Below, in pieces: positions 1-14,600 of a stretch of DNA of 64,000 nucleotides (its first letter is position 1; every line of letters starts with the position of its first letter). The notes under the pieces were generated by a model. It was not told where the DNA came from and searched no databases. It saw only the letters and a list, made by a program, of their open reading frames with translations. Origin of the DNA: Eledone cirrhosa (Eukaryota); assembly GCA_964016885.1 (NCBI GenBank), contig OZ024743.1, positions 159,774,001 to 159,838,000 on the forward strand, read 5' to 3'. The position numbers were made by a program, and so were the translations under genes.

Positions 1-39
1 AGGCCAGCTAAACCTGCATAGGTGTGAGCTGTCACACAC

Positions 40-870
40 ACACACTAAACATAGATGTGGTGGCCATCAGCGAGACCAGAATTTCCGAAGCATGAGCCTT
101 CGCACCGATCTTCGGCCGCTACGATGTATACGCATCTCCCAACCATTCGAGAGCGGGTGGGTCAGGGTTGCTGTGCTTTTTCTTGGATCTCGCCAAGTAA
201 GTCGGTAGTACTGGACGTATCCGGCAGTGAAGGCAATGCTTTCAGGCTAGTAGCCGACTAGGTCCCAACAGGGCCAGGACGGCCAAAAGTCTTCAGACGT
301 CCAGAGACCTTTCTGGGAGCGTCCCTCTCTTTAGTGTTAGTGGGCGACTGGAATGGTGTCTTAGATACAAAATTGTGGAAACACGAGCAAACGCATAGAG
401 TATTTTGATAGTATATAGTCATAGTTTTAATTAGGTTAGCAGATAGCTATAGCATACGGTGCCTACAATTCCAAACGGTCACTTATTCTAACCACAAATT
501 CATGTTCTGCATGCTCGACGGAGATAGAACACGAAGACAGGGATCTGATTACTGGAAGTTTAACGCGTTCTTCACAACACTAAAGGACTATGTAATCCGG
601 GTTAGCATTTTAGTTAAACAAAAGTTGACTGGGTCAGTTGTCAACAGCATGAGGTGGAAAGCTCTTAAAGAGAGATTATAGTAGTGTCAATATCATTTAG
701 TAAGCATGTAGCGATTGAAAAAATAGAAAGATGTGGTGGAGTTAGTACCTATATTAGAGGAGGTTAGAAGTGGAATTGCAACCAACGTGCTACCGGTGAA
801 AATGGCATTAGACCATTTCTTCAATCAAAACACGAAGGTTGCATTATCTGAGCAAAGGAACATATTTAAA
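40..870 (+). mobile_element. Highly decayed Tx1/L1-clade LINE fragment (APE endonuclease region)
   Basis: Translates to pieces such as DVVAISET, VVLDVSGSEGNAFRLVA and LVGDWNGVLD, homologous to the ORF2 starts at 5816, 11673 and 59034; many stops and frameshifts. Confidence 0.85.
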
Positions 871-895
871 AAAAAATAGACTATTTCTGCCTGGA

Positions 896-948
<53 letters not shown>

Positions 949-2178
949 GAAAAGAGTCAGGACTCCGGCGGCTGACCTCCGGCCATTTCGACAGCTAGAT
1001 CCGAACTAAGCCAGCACTATTAGAAGACTTGGGCGTATTTTGAGGAAGATATGCCTGATAATTTTAACAGGTCGAATAAGCCCATTTCGATTTCTTTGTT
1101 GGAATAAAAATAATTCAAATAAGTAAATAATACATTTGCATCAATTCATGATTATGCTCAAGACATTTCATATAGAGACTCAGATTAATTGATGCTTCGA
1201 ATCATCGACTACACCGAATTTTGTCAATGGATAAACTAAATGAAAGTCCTTGAACACAATGCATTAGACCTTAGTACACAAAACTGCCGCATTAACTTCT
1301 GATTCAATTTGATATGAATTTAAGAGAAATTAATTAAATTCTATTCTAAGATACAGCAATTTAAATGACACTTCAAAAAAAGAAAATTACCTTTCGCACA
1401 AGATGGGATTCAATAATTTGAAAGATTGGAAGTCAAGTATATTTGATTTGAATACTGAAAATTGAGAGATATTCAACAATTAAAGTACAGTTTTCATCTT
1501 AAAAGCTGCAACGTACGCTGTTCGTTCGAATACAATTCAGAGTGAAGTATGTCGATATCAACTGATATATCTTCCGTAATGTTTTTCAAGTAGTTTCTTG
1601 AAGAAATGACCTGAATGACAACCCATAACTTAATACAAACTGAAATATCTTGCCGGGAAGTATATTTATTTTTAAAAACGTACGGCAACACCATTAAAAA
1701 CTTATATTCAGAACTTCGTTTGTAATGTATGTGTAAGCATTTCTATTTTTGACTGGTACGTGCCGTATAACAAAGGTTTTTTCTTATTGTTGTTTTTGTT
1801 GCCATCGTTATTGAGCAACAGGTCAACTCAGATCGAGGAAAACATTTCAATTCTGACCATGTCATTTCGTAAACGGTTTTCCAGAAATACGTCATCTGGA
1901 ATCATTTATCAAATTCGGTGGCTACTTCTGGCAGGTCAAGCGATTATGTAGACGTTCTTTGTTTAGTACGTGCTTTCGCAAAGAGATTTCGACACATGCA
2001 CACACACACATATCTAAGCTTATACCAAGTTCAGTGGTGTTAAGAGACTGAGTGCATAAGAAGCTATACCTTACAAGATGCCAGTCCATTAAAGGGTCTA
2101 CGACTTTGAAAGTAAATTTGATTTTCCTTAAATATATTATTTGCTTACAATGCTATGTTCTTAGTATTTTATATTTTA

Positions 2179-3007
<829 letters not shown>

Positions 3008-4639
3008 TTATATCGATATAATTAGTATCAATGAAGCTTTGTTTGTGGTATAATTGTATTGAAATAATTTTATTTTGTTCTAAATTCATGATGTTGCTAC
3101 TCCGATTTAGATAATGAATTAAATTCATTTAGGTTGAGTTGAGTTATTAAGTTTGAGGGTCATCTTCACCTCTAACATTTTACTAACGTCGTATCAACTT
3201 TGTTTGATAAACTACGTGGTTTTTATACTATCGCGTGCTTTCTTTGCGGAGAAGTTAGTCATTGTCTGGTCGATACAACACAAGATAATCCATTTGAAAT
3301 TTCGTGAAAAATGCTTCAAGTTATTTATGTTTTAAAACTTGCTTACTGAGGATTTATGGCTGTCTGTGTTTACTGATTAACCAGTTATATTAATTACGTT
3401 AACTGGAATTTTATCTTGATCATAGTAAAACCACGGTCTCAGCATTTGTAAGTAAAATCAATGTTTTTCCTTAAATGAATTATTTGCTTACAATGCAATG
3501 AACTTCATATACTATAGATTGTTATATGTAAATATACTTCTTATAAATGAAGCTCTGTAAAAAATATAGCCTTTAGTAAGATGCCTGAATTGTAATCGCT
3601 ATTTCTACGACTTTTATGGATGAATGCCACATCTGTTCACCCATCCTTCTTGACAGATGCCAAACACAATTGGTAATATAGTGGGGATGTTCATAGCTGT
3701 GCTAATTATTCAAAGCTGTGCTATATTAGCGGTCGCATTGCTTTGTCAGGTGTGAATAACGGTGATATTGTCATAAATATTCTTGCTGAACGCAGATTGA
3801 TATTTTTTACTTGCTTTTCTCACACATATTTGCTCTTCTAGTTAGTTTTGCGAGAATTCACAGAGCCTTTCGTTGTCGGCAAATCTGTCTATGACAACGT
3901 CTAATGCAGGTGTGGTATCAGAAAATGTATTTAATGTGGTCTGATTTATTTCGATAGTGTAGAGTAACAGGTCTTGGTGTTTATTCTTACCCCGGTTGAC
4001 TTTCGATAGAGGCTGAATTGCTTCTATGCAATGCAGAATTTGCTTTCTAGACTTACCAAAGGATCACCTAACTGAGACTTTTAGAATTCAAAGTTCAGTG
4101 TTCCAAGTGCTTCCTTTCTCCTCGTTCGTGTATGTTGTCTTTTGAGATAATGCTGCAAAATTTGAAGATGTGCTGAGGAGCATCGCGCTCGAATTTAGAT
4201 GTGGCATAATTATTGTTGATTTACATGGACGACGTTAACGACGTGGTGTCGGAAACAACATATGATTATAGTCAGCATCATACTGAATGGATAAGATGCA
4301 ATAACATGAGTATGTATTAACCAAGGTAAAGTAGTAGGCTTACAACGCCACACATGGGAAATGGCCAAAGACTTGGATCACAGAATGGGTAGTGCCATTA
4401 AGAAGCTTAAAATCCGATCGGGCCTGGTCGACATACATAGGAAGTGACATAATATTTCGTGTATGGTGCCCACTCTCACAGAGGTAATAATGTATCTCTG
4501 AAAGAATGGTCAGAGGCGGCGATAGTATAGACTGCCTGAGCTATATATTTTTCACATGTCTTTTCGATCTTCTTTGTAAGGACATGATCCATTTTCAGAA
4601 GGTTTAGTATGCCGTAGCTGATGACCCTCATGCTTTGGC

Positions 4640-5376
4640 GTTGTGGAATCTTCAAAGAATCCCATATGGTCATTGGCTTTGTGGTATTCGATCCCCGCCA
4701 TGGTTACGTTGATTTTCTTCCACTTGGTATCCTTAACTATAGTTTTATTTATGAAAACATGGACCTTTGTACCTCTGCATTTACTATTGCACACTCTCTG
4801 CTCATCTGGTATAATTCCATTCTCTTTAAGATGCCCGTACATTGATTCTGAGATATTTCCGGTCAATAATTTCCACATAAGAGGTATGCATGTTATCGGT
4901 CTCTATATGTCTACCACATTCCTTTTAGTGATATCTTTTAAGCACAATAATGCCCTGTGTCAGCCACCCCGGTATCACTTGATCAGCATTTAGTAATGTG
5001 TTGAATTGTTCAGTTATTCGTGCATGGCATTGACTAAATCTTTTAATCCAGTAGCTTTGAACTCCATCTAGTCACGGAGACTTCTAGTTAATCATCTATC
5101 GGGGGCTTCCTTGATGTTCATAGTTGAAATGACTGGTTCTGCCTGCAATGGACAAACTGTGGTTTGTTCAAGTTCTTCTAACAATCAGTGTCCTTCTTGT
5201 GTTCCTTCACTTTACGACACATGTTGCTCCAAAATCTTTGACTTCCAATGTTATCCGGTATAATCACTTCATGTGTACACTCTCCATTTATTTCTCGGTA
5301 AAATCGCTTTTGCTCTACTCTGAATAGTCTATTTTGATGGTAATGCTTTATTCTTTATTCGTATCTAACTATCGTG
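4640..5376 (-). mobile_element. Decayed R4/Dong-type LINE, N-terminal reverse transcriptase fragment
   Basis: Minus-strand peptides QNRLFRVEQKRFYREING and MWKLLTGNISESMYGHLKENGIIPDEQR..CRGTK are collinear with the element at 62.2-64 kb. Confidence 0.85.
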
Positions 5377-5539
5377 AAATATATATATATATATATATTT
5401 GTTTTTGCTATGAGACAGTGCTTGAGTTCTTACATTCCTACCTTCAATGCCATACTTCTTTTCCAGTATGTTGAATCTGTTTTGTTTTTTTCATTTTTCA
5501 CTTCTATACCCTCCCCCACTTCTCTTTTCTGACTACACC

Positions 5540-8500
5540 AACACAACACCAGCATCACAGAGAATAACTATACAACAACCCACATTTTCACAACACCCAC
5601 ACACATGCAAATCACGCATATCACACAGAAAACATACACAACCCTGAAATTAAAATTCCCTAAGGACATCGAAGATTTACGGCAAACATGTTTCCAGTAA
5701 GATATATATAAATACATCCTTGCGGAGAGGGCCACAGACAGTCAGGAGGTCGGAAAAACCATCCTTCCTCCACAAGAACTGATGTAAGTGGTCTTTCCCA
5801 TTTTTGCCACTCAACATGACCTTACTCAGAATAGGCAGCACAAATGCACGTAGACTGGTGTCGTCATGGTAGCAGGGTCACCTGCACAACTATCTCAGGT
5901 CAATGATCATAGATGTGGTGGCCATCAGCGAGACCAGATATTCCGAGGCACATGCCTTCGGACCCATCTTCGGCGGTTACTATGTGTACGAATCCCCAAG
6001 CCGGTCGGCATCGGGGGCGGAATCGCTGTGTTTTTTCGGTGAGGCCTGGATCTCGCGATATGGACCATCTTCCTGGACCCAGAGGTAAGTCGGTGGTGCT
6101 GGAGGTGATCGCCAGCGATGGCTAAGCTTTTAGGCTAGTGGCTATTTATGCCCGCTGGTAATGTGTGGGATTAACAGATAGAAGAGGAGGGTTTTAAAGA
6201 CTCGCAAACATACTCAGACTTTTCGAACTGTCTGACAGTTACCGACTGGATTTCCCAAATGTGTCAACGTGGACATGGACAAACCGCATCGGGTCATCCA
6301 GATCGTATCTAGATAGGGCATTTTGTAGGGAAATAGAGAGGCCTAGCAAGGCTGTCCACAATTCAAGATATTTTATCTTGAATTGTGGACAGCCTTGTGG
6401 ACAGATCACATAAATTCGTGATATGTGTGGTCAATTTAGATAGGCTTCATAGACAGGGACCCGGCTACTGGAAGCTAAACGCATTGTTGATAGATCGAAA
6501 ACCCTTCAGAGACCGGATTAGCGAACTAGTTGAGTGGGTGTTGGCGGGGGCAGTCGTCAACATCAAAAGGTGGTTCGCCCTGAAAAGGACGATTAGGTTT
6601 AGTAAGGTCTCAGGTTTATTAAGGCGTTAAAAATAGAGAAAAATAGAGCAGAAGGAGAACTCATTAGAAAATTAGACGAGGCGCTTAATAAAGGCAACGC
6701 GACCGACGTGGTTGCGGCGAAATTGGTCCTCGACAAATTCTTCAACGCAAAGCACGAAGGTTGCGTTATCAGAGCTAGGGCGCGTGCTCCCAGACATGAG
6801 AGGACAATAGCCGTTCGCTGAGCCCGAGTGGCAGAGGCCCGTCGTGGCAACAAAGCCACGATCCGGTCTTTGGAGGACTACGACGGGCGCATGTTACGCG
6901 AACCCGAGCAAATGTGTGCCGCTTTTGGTGTTGGGATAGTGGTAGGTCGGATCGCAAGATGGACTTTAGCGCCTACCTCGATGGTCTGCCAATGGTCTCC
7001 GCCACGGAGGCGGAGTGTTGCGAAAAGCCAATAACAGCCGCTGCTCCGGGTAGCAATGAATGACTGCACGATGGGTAAATCGCTATTTTTGTTCGAACAC
7101 GTGCCAGGTTTGTTGGCGATCTCTTAGCGGACATCTACTGCAACTGGCAACAAAACCGGAGAATTCTCAGCTCTGTGAGCCGAGGAGTGGTAGTGCTGCT
7201 GAGAAAGTACGCGAATTACGGGTACAGCATAGAAAATTTCAGGCCCATAACTCTACTAAACGCAGAGTTCAAGATTTTGGCCAAGATGCTAGCAAAGAGG
7301 TTGGCGCTTGTCGTGGGTGGTCTGGTGGGAGAAGCGCAAACATGTGCCATTCCAGACAGATACATACACTACAACCTGCACCTCGTGCGATACATTGTGG
7401 AGAGGCTAGCTAACGAACCCGGTACGGGTGGGCCCTTGATCAATTTAGATGAGTCGAAAGCTTTCGATAGGGTCGACTATCGTTATATGGCGGTGAGCCT
7501 GAGGGTGGCCGGCTTTGGGCCAGTCTTCAGAGGCTGGTTCTCTGCCATGCACAGCGACATTTCGTCTCTGGTGAGAACGAACGCTCATCTTTCAGAACCT
7601 TTCAACATCATGCACTTGGTCCGCCAAGGATGACCTCTCTCATCTCTGTTGTACGTATTGACTATCGAGCCATTGCTGCACAGACTGCAGGCATTGAGGA
7701 GCGTCGCGCTGGAACTGGGGTACGGAACTGTGTCAGCATATGTCGACGACGTCACTGTAGTGGTGTCTAGCGGCAAACGCATAGAGACGATCAGCTGTAC
7801 ACTAAGAGAATACGAGGCAGTGACAGGATCAATGTTTAATCAGCGGCTCGGCACCATCCAACAGTGTTGCTGGGCGCTGGACGGACGGGACTGATTAAAT
7901 TGCAAGGGTCTTTTTCGGTCCGGATTTCCAGACGGACAAAAACTGGGACAAGCAGGATGGCCTCTCTCACCAAGAAATGGGTTATCCCTCAAAAGTCGAG
8001 CGGAGGTGGTGAACGCGTACATCGCGTCCGTCATCTAGTACCGCATGACCATCGTGCCTTTTCCTAAGTCTCGCCTGACTGCGTTGGATCGTTTGCTTTT
8101 TAGTTTCGCCTTTTGAGGTGGGGACGCATCCGATGGTCAGCCGGTTCCTCTGCTGCCAATACCAACTACGTGGAGGGCTGAACATCCCCACCTCTTCCTT
8201 GACGGTGAACAGGTGTGATCGCCGTTTGTTCGACGCGTTTTCCCCCAGATCGTCTCCTTGGCGCAGCTACAATCCTGGGTCAAGTGAAGATAGAGAGGGA
8301 GCGCTTGGAGATTGGAATGTCTTCAGGCGCTCACAGTCCTCGAATAATCGGGAGATGCGATCGGTGGAGATTCTACCTTGGCGTTCAATATAGGGTTAGT
8401 GGAAAGAAAGAGCGACGACGTACTTGGGGAGACTGTGGGCGTCGACGAAAGTCAACCAACCAATCACTTCGAGAGAACTTTCGGATCGGGACCCATGGAT

Positions 8501-9283
8501 AACTTCCAGAAATCCCTGGCCTGGCATTGCTACAGGAGAGCTTTGGCAATTCGGGATAAACTCCAAGGGGATGGAAGTGCCGTCAGCCGGGCCTATGCAC
8601 ACAGGGAGATACACAGGGGGAAGAAAGCGTTGTGCACGCAGTTATCCAGTGTCAGAGTATTGCAGACTTTCGGGTTTATGTCGAACACCAGCTGTCCGTG
8701 TAAGACTAATCCGGTTATCAGCTAAGTCCATCGTGAAGATTGCCCCGTCGCATTCCTTTATCCGGGAAGGACAGGCAGATTTTTCTGCCTGGTGGCCATG
8801 GCGAAAGAGGTCGTGTGGTGGACGCGTTTGAAAGGGCTTCAGAGGAGCACTTATCTCCTCTGCGATACCCTGATTAACATTTTTAAATTTTATTTGGAAA
8901 GGAAAATCAGGGTGGAGACGGAAGTGCTCTCCTTTCAGCAATGTGTTGAAAGATGCGTGAAATACCCAAGCACGACCGCAGTGAATGGGCCTGCTCTTAG
9001 TATGTGCTTGTAGATTGGAGGTTGAAAACTGGGAGATGGCACTTTCACTGGTGATCAGGGTCACAGTGGCTTTTCTAATAGGCTTCTCCACGAGCAACCA
9101 TCGGATGTCTCCCCTCTATTTGAGAATTTTCCTTTGTTTCATTTTTTTTTTTTATTTCCTTTGTTATTGCTTTTTCTAAACGCAGAAATGTACCATTTGT
9201 ACCATCCTGTACCGACCTGTACTGTCCTTAATGTTATACTTTAAGTCAACCCTTGTGGTTAATAACAATTATTATTATTACTA
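5540..9283 (+). mobile_element. Tx1/L1-clade LINE, 5'-truncated and degenerate (inter-ORF region, ORF2 APE-RT, 3' UTR, (ATT)n tail)
   Basis: ORF2 ATG at 5816; motifs GPGYWKLN, NFRPITLLN, LDESKAFDRV, VRQG and AYVDDV; ends CCCTTGTGGTTAATAAC(A)(ATT)n. Confidence 0.93.
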
Positions 9284-9305
9284 AGTATTATTATTGTTAT
9301 TATTA

Positions 9306-9486
9306 ATTGGCAGTATCGGTAGAGGGTTGGACTCCATGCTTTCTAGCATAGTTACGTCCCTTTTCAGTCTGAGTTCAAATCCCGCCGAGGTTAACTTTGC
9401 CTTTCATCCTTACGGGGTCGATAAAATAAAGTACCAGTAATGTACTGGGTAATTGCTGTCCTTGTCCCTAAAGTAGAAACAATTAT
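9306..9486 (+). mobile_element. tRNA-derived SINE family A (Deu/Nin-like core)
   Basis: A box TGGCAGTATCGG, B box GAGTTCAAATCC, core GGTTAACTTTGCCTTTCATCCTTACGGGGTCGATAAAATAAAGTACCAG, tail AGAAACAATTAT; about ten copies in the window. Confidence 0.92.
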
Positions 9487-9720
9487 TGTTATTATTATTA
9501 TTATTACTGAGTCTGAACGGACGTCTTTTTGCTCGCTCTCGTAAGTTTATTTATTTACCTGTCAAAAGCTTATTTATTGAATTTGTTGTTGTTGTGTAAG
9601 GCATACAAGCCCTTGGACTTTGCCCTGTGAAGGGGAAAGAATAATATTTGGGCCTTTTGGCCCAAATATTTGAACTCTTTTACATTTTTAAAAATTATCG
9701 AAAAAAAAACCCCCAAAAAC

Positions 9721-11640
9721 ATGGCTGAGCCCCAAGCGATATGTCTGCTGTCGTGCGACAACGATGTAAAAGTTGAGAGGAGCGCTACGGCGAAATTAAT
9801 AGAAATTGATCACAAACAATGTGAACAAAGACATCAATGATAATAACACTGAGATCGCTAATTTTGAAAAAAATGACAGTAACAGCGACCACGAAAATGC
9901 ACATAACAGAAAAAATGACAAATGCAACAACAATATCAACACCACTAACATGAAAATAAATAGCGACAACACCAACAGCAACAATACCAACTGCACCGAG
10001 AACAACGGCGGCACCAAAGACAACAATGATAACAGTGACAGTGATAACAACAACAAGAACAACGACAACAACAACACCCTCAACGACAACAAGAAGAACA
10101 CTTTCGCTGCGGCAGCAGCCAAAAAGAGGCCATGCTTCAACATGGACCTCTCAAACAAAGATGAAAAGTTGGCCCAGGCCTGGAAGCTCATCAAGCAAGA
10201 TCAAACTTGGGCCAACTTAACTATGCGGGTAGAAGCTATTGAGGCAGTGGAGCACAGAACGGTGCATTATAGATGCATCTCAGCACAAACCAAAAGGGCA
10301 GCTTTAATTCCACAAGCAGATGTTGAAGTCCCGCTGAGGTGCATCAGAGATGACACCGAATACATAGCGAGAGGCAGACAGTACGGCATCATTTCTGGGC
10401 TGTTCAAGTCAGAAGCCCTCGCTATGACTCCTTGCAAAACCAGAAAGGCCATAATGTACCCCTCCCACATGGGAAAAATAACGGCTGTTTCCGCATTCCC
10501 AGAATCTCACAAGGACTTGACATGTGGTGGTTTCTGGGATGTGTGATTGTGGAGGGGACGGATACCGTCCAGATAGAAGTGACAAGAACGGCCAGAGAGG
10601 ATTGGTCCGGGATTGACCTGGAGATACTTCTCCAGATCAGGCCGGAGAATGTGAAGGAATCTCGGACCACACCCGCCTTCAGAATGGGACGGTCATTCAT
10701 ATTATGACCAAGGGCAAAAGGCCGCAGTATTTTGTTTGTGGGGGGAAAAAACCCATTGGCGAGCCTTCTGCCTTTAACTGCTGAAAGATGCAAGGGGTCG
10801 AAGGGTTCCCCTGATGCCGACGCCGGGGAGAGGACCACAACCAACACCAGCATCGACAAAACCACCAACAACAAGACCAATAGAAAGAAAACCACCAACA
10901 TTGACCACCCAGGGGGGAAACGAGGAAAGTTGTCAACCCCCCCCCCCCAATACACACTTCAATAAAAACATACACACACACAAACACACTTACAGACACA
11001 GACCCCTCAACTACCAGTAGTGAAGATGAAGGAAAACCAACATCCCCCAAAATACAAAAAAAGGAAACACAAAAAGAAAAAATAAATCTCAACAAAGCAC
11101 AAATCACCCACGATAAAAAATGCAGACACCACCCACGCAAACATCTCTCCAATAACATCAACATCAACACCACATCACCATCACCAGAATCCCCCAAACG
11201 CAAACAACCTAAACAGACGCAAGAACAAATACACACAAACATCTGAAACCAGACATCGCACTCACAACAAACACAGATACAACCGAAACAACACCATAAA
11301 AACCATCACCAGCACAACCACGCAAACAAATAAAATCACATAAAAAAACATACAAAACTTCGTGCTCGTCAGGAGGGCCAACGGGGAACTGAGGCCCTCG
11401 TAGCACGAAGTGAAAATATACAAAAAGAGGGGATTTTTTTAAATTTCGCGTGCCGGAAGTTTTGTTTCTGTTGCTTATGTCGATCGATTTATACAAAGAA
11501 ATACGAGACAGCTTTCCTCGGGACTTGGGAACCCCGAACGTAAAACCCACTTCAAGACTTTTAAAGGGGTTCCCAAAAGAAACCCCACCAACTATGGAGG
11601 TCGAACAACCCGGCCTTCACAAGAGCCGGAAGGTAAGTAA
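9721..11640 (+). pseudogene. Tx1 LINE ORF1 (gag-like; Asn-rich N-terminus, zinc-knuckle remnant, low-complexity C-terminus), frameshifted
   Basis: ORF 9806-10546 (TFAAAA, YIARGRQYG) matches ORF1 of the minus copy (SFARIA, HIRRGQKYGTV). A decayed knuckle near 10710-10770 aligns with CVVCGEGTHLRAFC in the minus copy. Confidence 0.75.
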
Positions 11641-11672
11641 ACCTTTCCTCTCTCTCTTTTTAACCTGCCAAC

Positions 11673-14600
11673 ATGGCCGTATTAAGAGTGGGATGTTTAA
11701 ATGTTCGAGGCCTAGGATCCTCCTGGAAGCAGGGTCATCTGCTCAACGACCTCAGGTCTCTAGAAATGGATGTAATTGCCGTCAGCGAGACCAGGATTTC
11801 CGACACGCGCGCACTAGCCCCCATTTTCGACGACTATCAGATCTTTGCATCTGTTAGCCAGGCGGGAATGGAGGCGGGGTGGGAGTGCTGTTTAGGAAAG
11901 GTCTGGATCTCGAGGTAAGGTCGATCTTCCGGGACCCGGACGGGAAGTTGGTGGTCCTGGACGTGAACAATAACGAAGGTGGTGCCTTTAGACTGGTGGC
12001 CGTCTATGCTCCTACTGGGGCAGGACGGCCGGACTTCTTTAGACGCCTGGAAGCCTTTCTGGGCCCGTCTCGCCCTTTACTGTTAGCGCGGGACTGGAAC
12101 GGCATCTTAGACGCACGCTGTGACTGTGTGGGAGTATACGATAGGAGTGGGGGGTGCAAATGCCTCAAGAACCTGATCAGCCAATTCCAACTGTCTGACA
12201 GGTACCGACTAGAGTTCCCTAATGCGCCAGTGTGGACCTAGGCTAACCGCATAGGGTCATCTAGATCGTATATTGCCTCAAGAACCTGATCAGCCAATTC
12301 CAACTGTCTGACAGGTACCAACTAGAGTTCCCTAATGCGCCAGTGTGGACATGGGCTAACCGCATAGGGTCATCTAGATCGTATATTGACAGGATATTCA
12401 TTAGGAAAATAGACAGAAATAGTGTAAGCTGTCCACGTTTTAAAACGGTCGCCTATTCAGATCACAAGTTTGTGATCTGTATGGCCGACCTAGATAAGAC
12501 GCGTAGGTTAGGACCTGGTTACTGGAAGCTAAACATGTCATTTCCGGTACGTAAGGCTTACAGGGACCAGGTCAACAATTTAGTTAAGAAAAAGTTGACA
12601 GGGGGAGTCCTCAACAATAGATGGTGAGGGACTCTCAAAAGAGAGATTAGAGTAATGTCGATAGAGTTTAGCAAAGTAGCGTTAGAGAAAAATAGAAACA
12701 CGAAGGTTGCATTGTCAGAGCTAAGGCGCGTGCTCTGAGAAACGAGGGAACCAAAGCTGTTCGATGGGCCGGCGTGGCAGAGAGCAGTGTGGTATTAAAA
12801 CTACGATTCGGTCTTTGACGGACCGAGACGGACACGAGCTGAGCGGTTCCAAGCGGATGTGTGAGGCCTTTCGCCAACATTTTGCTCTGTTGTTCGGAGG
12901 AAGTGGCGGGTCAGATATGGTGGCGGACTTCAGTCCCTACCTCGATGGCTTGCCGCAACTCTCGACAGCTGATTCTGGGCGCTGCGAAAGGCCAATTACT
13001 TCAGCCGATATTCAGGATGCCCTTGTCGGCTGCATGAGGCGCAAGTCACCCGGTTTGGATGGTCTGCCTTACGAGCTTTACGTAAATATGCCAGACTTTT
13101 TCTGAAATCTCCTCGAAGCCCTTTACTGCAACTGGCAGCAACACAGGAGTATTCCCAGTTCTGTGAGCCGGGGAGTAGTGACGCTGATAAGGAAAGATGA
13201 GAACAAGAGGGACACATTAGACAATTTCAAGCCCATAACTCTGCTCAACATAGAGTTTAAGATTTTGGCCAGGGTGTTAGCGAAGAGGTTGTTGCTTGTC
13301 GTCGGGGATTTGGTTGGGGAGGCGAAAATTTGCGCAATCACAACCAGATCCATACACGACAACCTCCACCTAATGCGATACATCATAGAGAGGGTAGGGT
13401 GTAAACCTGGCTTCGGTGGGGCTCTGATCAATTTAGATCAATCGAAAGCATTCGATAGGGTCGACCATCGGTACCTGGAGGCTGTCCTCAAGGCGGCTGG
13501 CTTCGGCCCCGTCTTCAGAAGCTGGATCGCTGCAATGCACAGCGGCACCTGCTCGATGGTCAAAATTAATGGCCACCTCTCGGAACCGTTTCATGTCTCC
13601 CGATCGGTCCGTCAAGTGTGCCCTCTCTCCTCCCTTCTGTACGTATTGACTCTCGAGCCTTTACTGCGGAAGCTGGCGCTGTTGCAGGGCATCCCTCTCG
13701 AACCGGGACGCGGAAAGGCTGTGTCGGCTTATGCGGACGACATCACCGTGATGGTGTCGGACACCTCAGAAATCGAGGTGGTCGGCAACTTATTGGAGGA
13801 ATATGAAAGGTTGACGGCAGCAAAACTTAACTCGGAAAAGTCGGTGGGCTTGCAACTCGGCACCTGGAGAGGCAAGTCCATGTCGTCCACCAGCGTCGTT
13901 AGGCGCTGGACGGACGGACCGGTAAAGTTGCTAGGGTTTGGTTCGGGCCAGACCACCAGATGGATAAGAATTGGGACGAGGTGAGGGGTAGGGTAGCCAG
14001 TCTCACCCAGAAATGGGCTGGGATGAAGCTATCACTGAAAGATCGGGCGGAGGTGGCGAACGCGTACATCGCGTCCGTCATCTACTACCGTCTGACCGTT
14101 GTCCCTTGCCCCCGTTCGCGCCTCGCCATCCTGGAGCGGCTCCTCTTCAAATTCTTGTGGAGAGGTCAGGTTCTGCTGGTGAGGCGGTCCATCTGCTGCC
14201 AGCACCCTCTACGAGGAGGGCTGGGCATGCCGTAGCTAATGATGTGCAGCCACGGTCTGAGGCTGCGGCATCTCCAGATATTATGCCTAAATGCTGAACA
14301 GGTGCGGTCGCGGTTTGTCAGACGGGCCTTTCCGAGGCTCGATTCTTTGACTGAGCTGCAGTCCTGGGTCAAGAAGAGACCGAGACTGGGTGACTGGCAT
14401 CTGGAATGTTGCCAAGCACTCACTGCCCTCTACCAGGCGGGCAATGCGGTCAGTGGAACTTCCACTCTCGAGTTCTATAGAGGATTAGTGGTGGGCAAGT
14501 GGGACGACGCACTCGGAGAGGCTCTGGAAGCCAACGAAATCGAACTAACCAGTCTGTTCCGGAGGACTTTCGAGGCGGGGTCGATGGATAATTTCCAAAA

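Noticed and set aside
3580-4640. Possible decayed DNA-transposase sequence
   Set aside because: No motif I could identify with confidence; needs a translated search.
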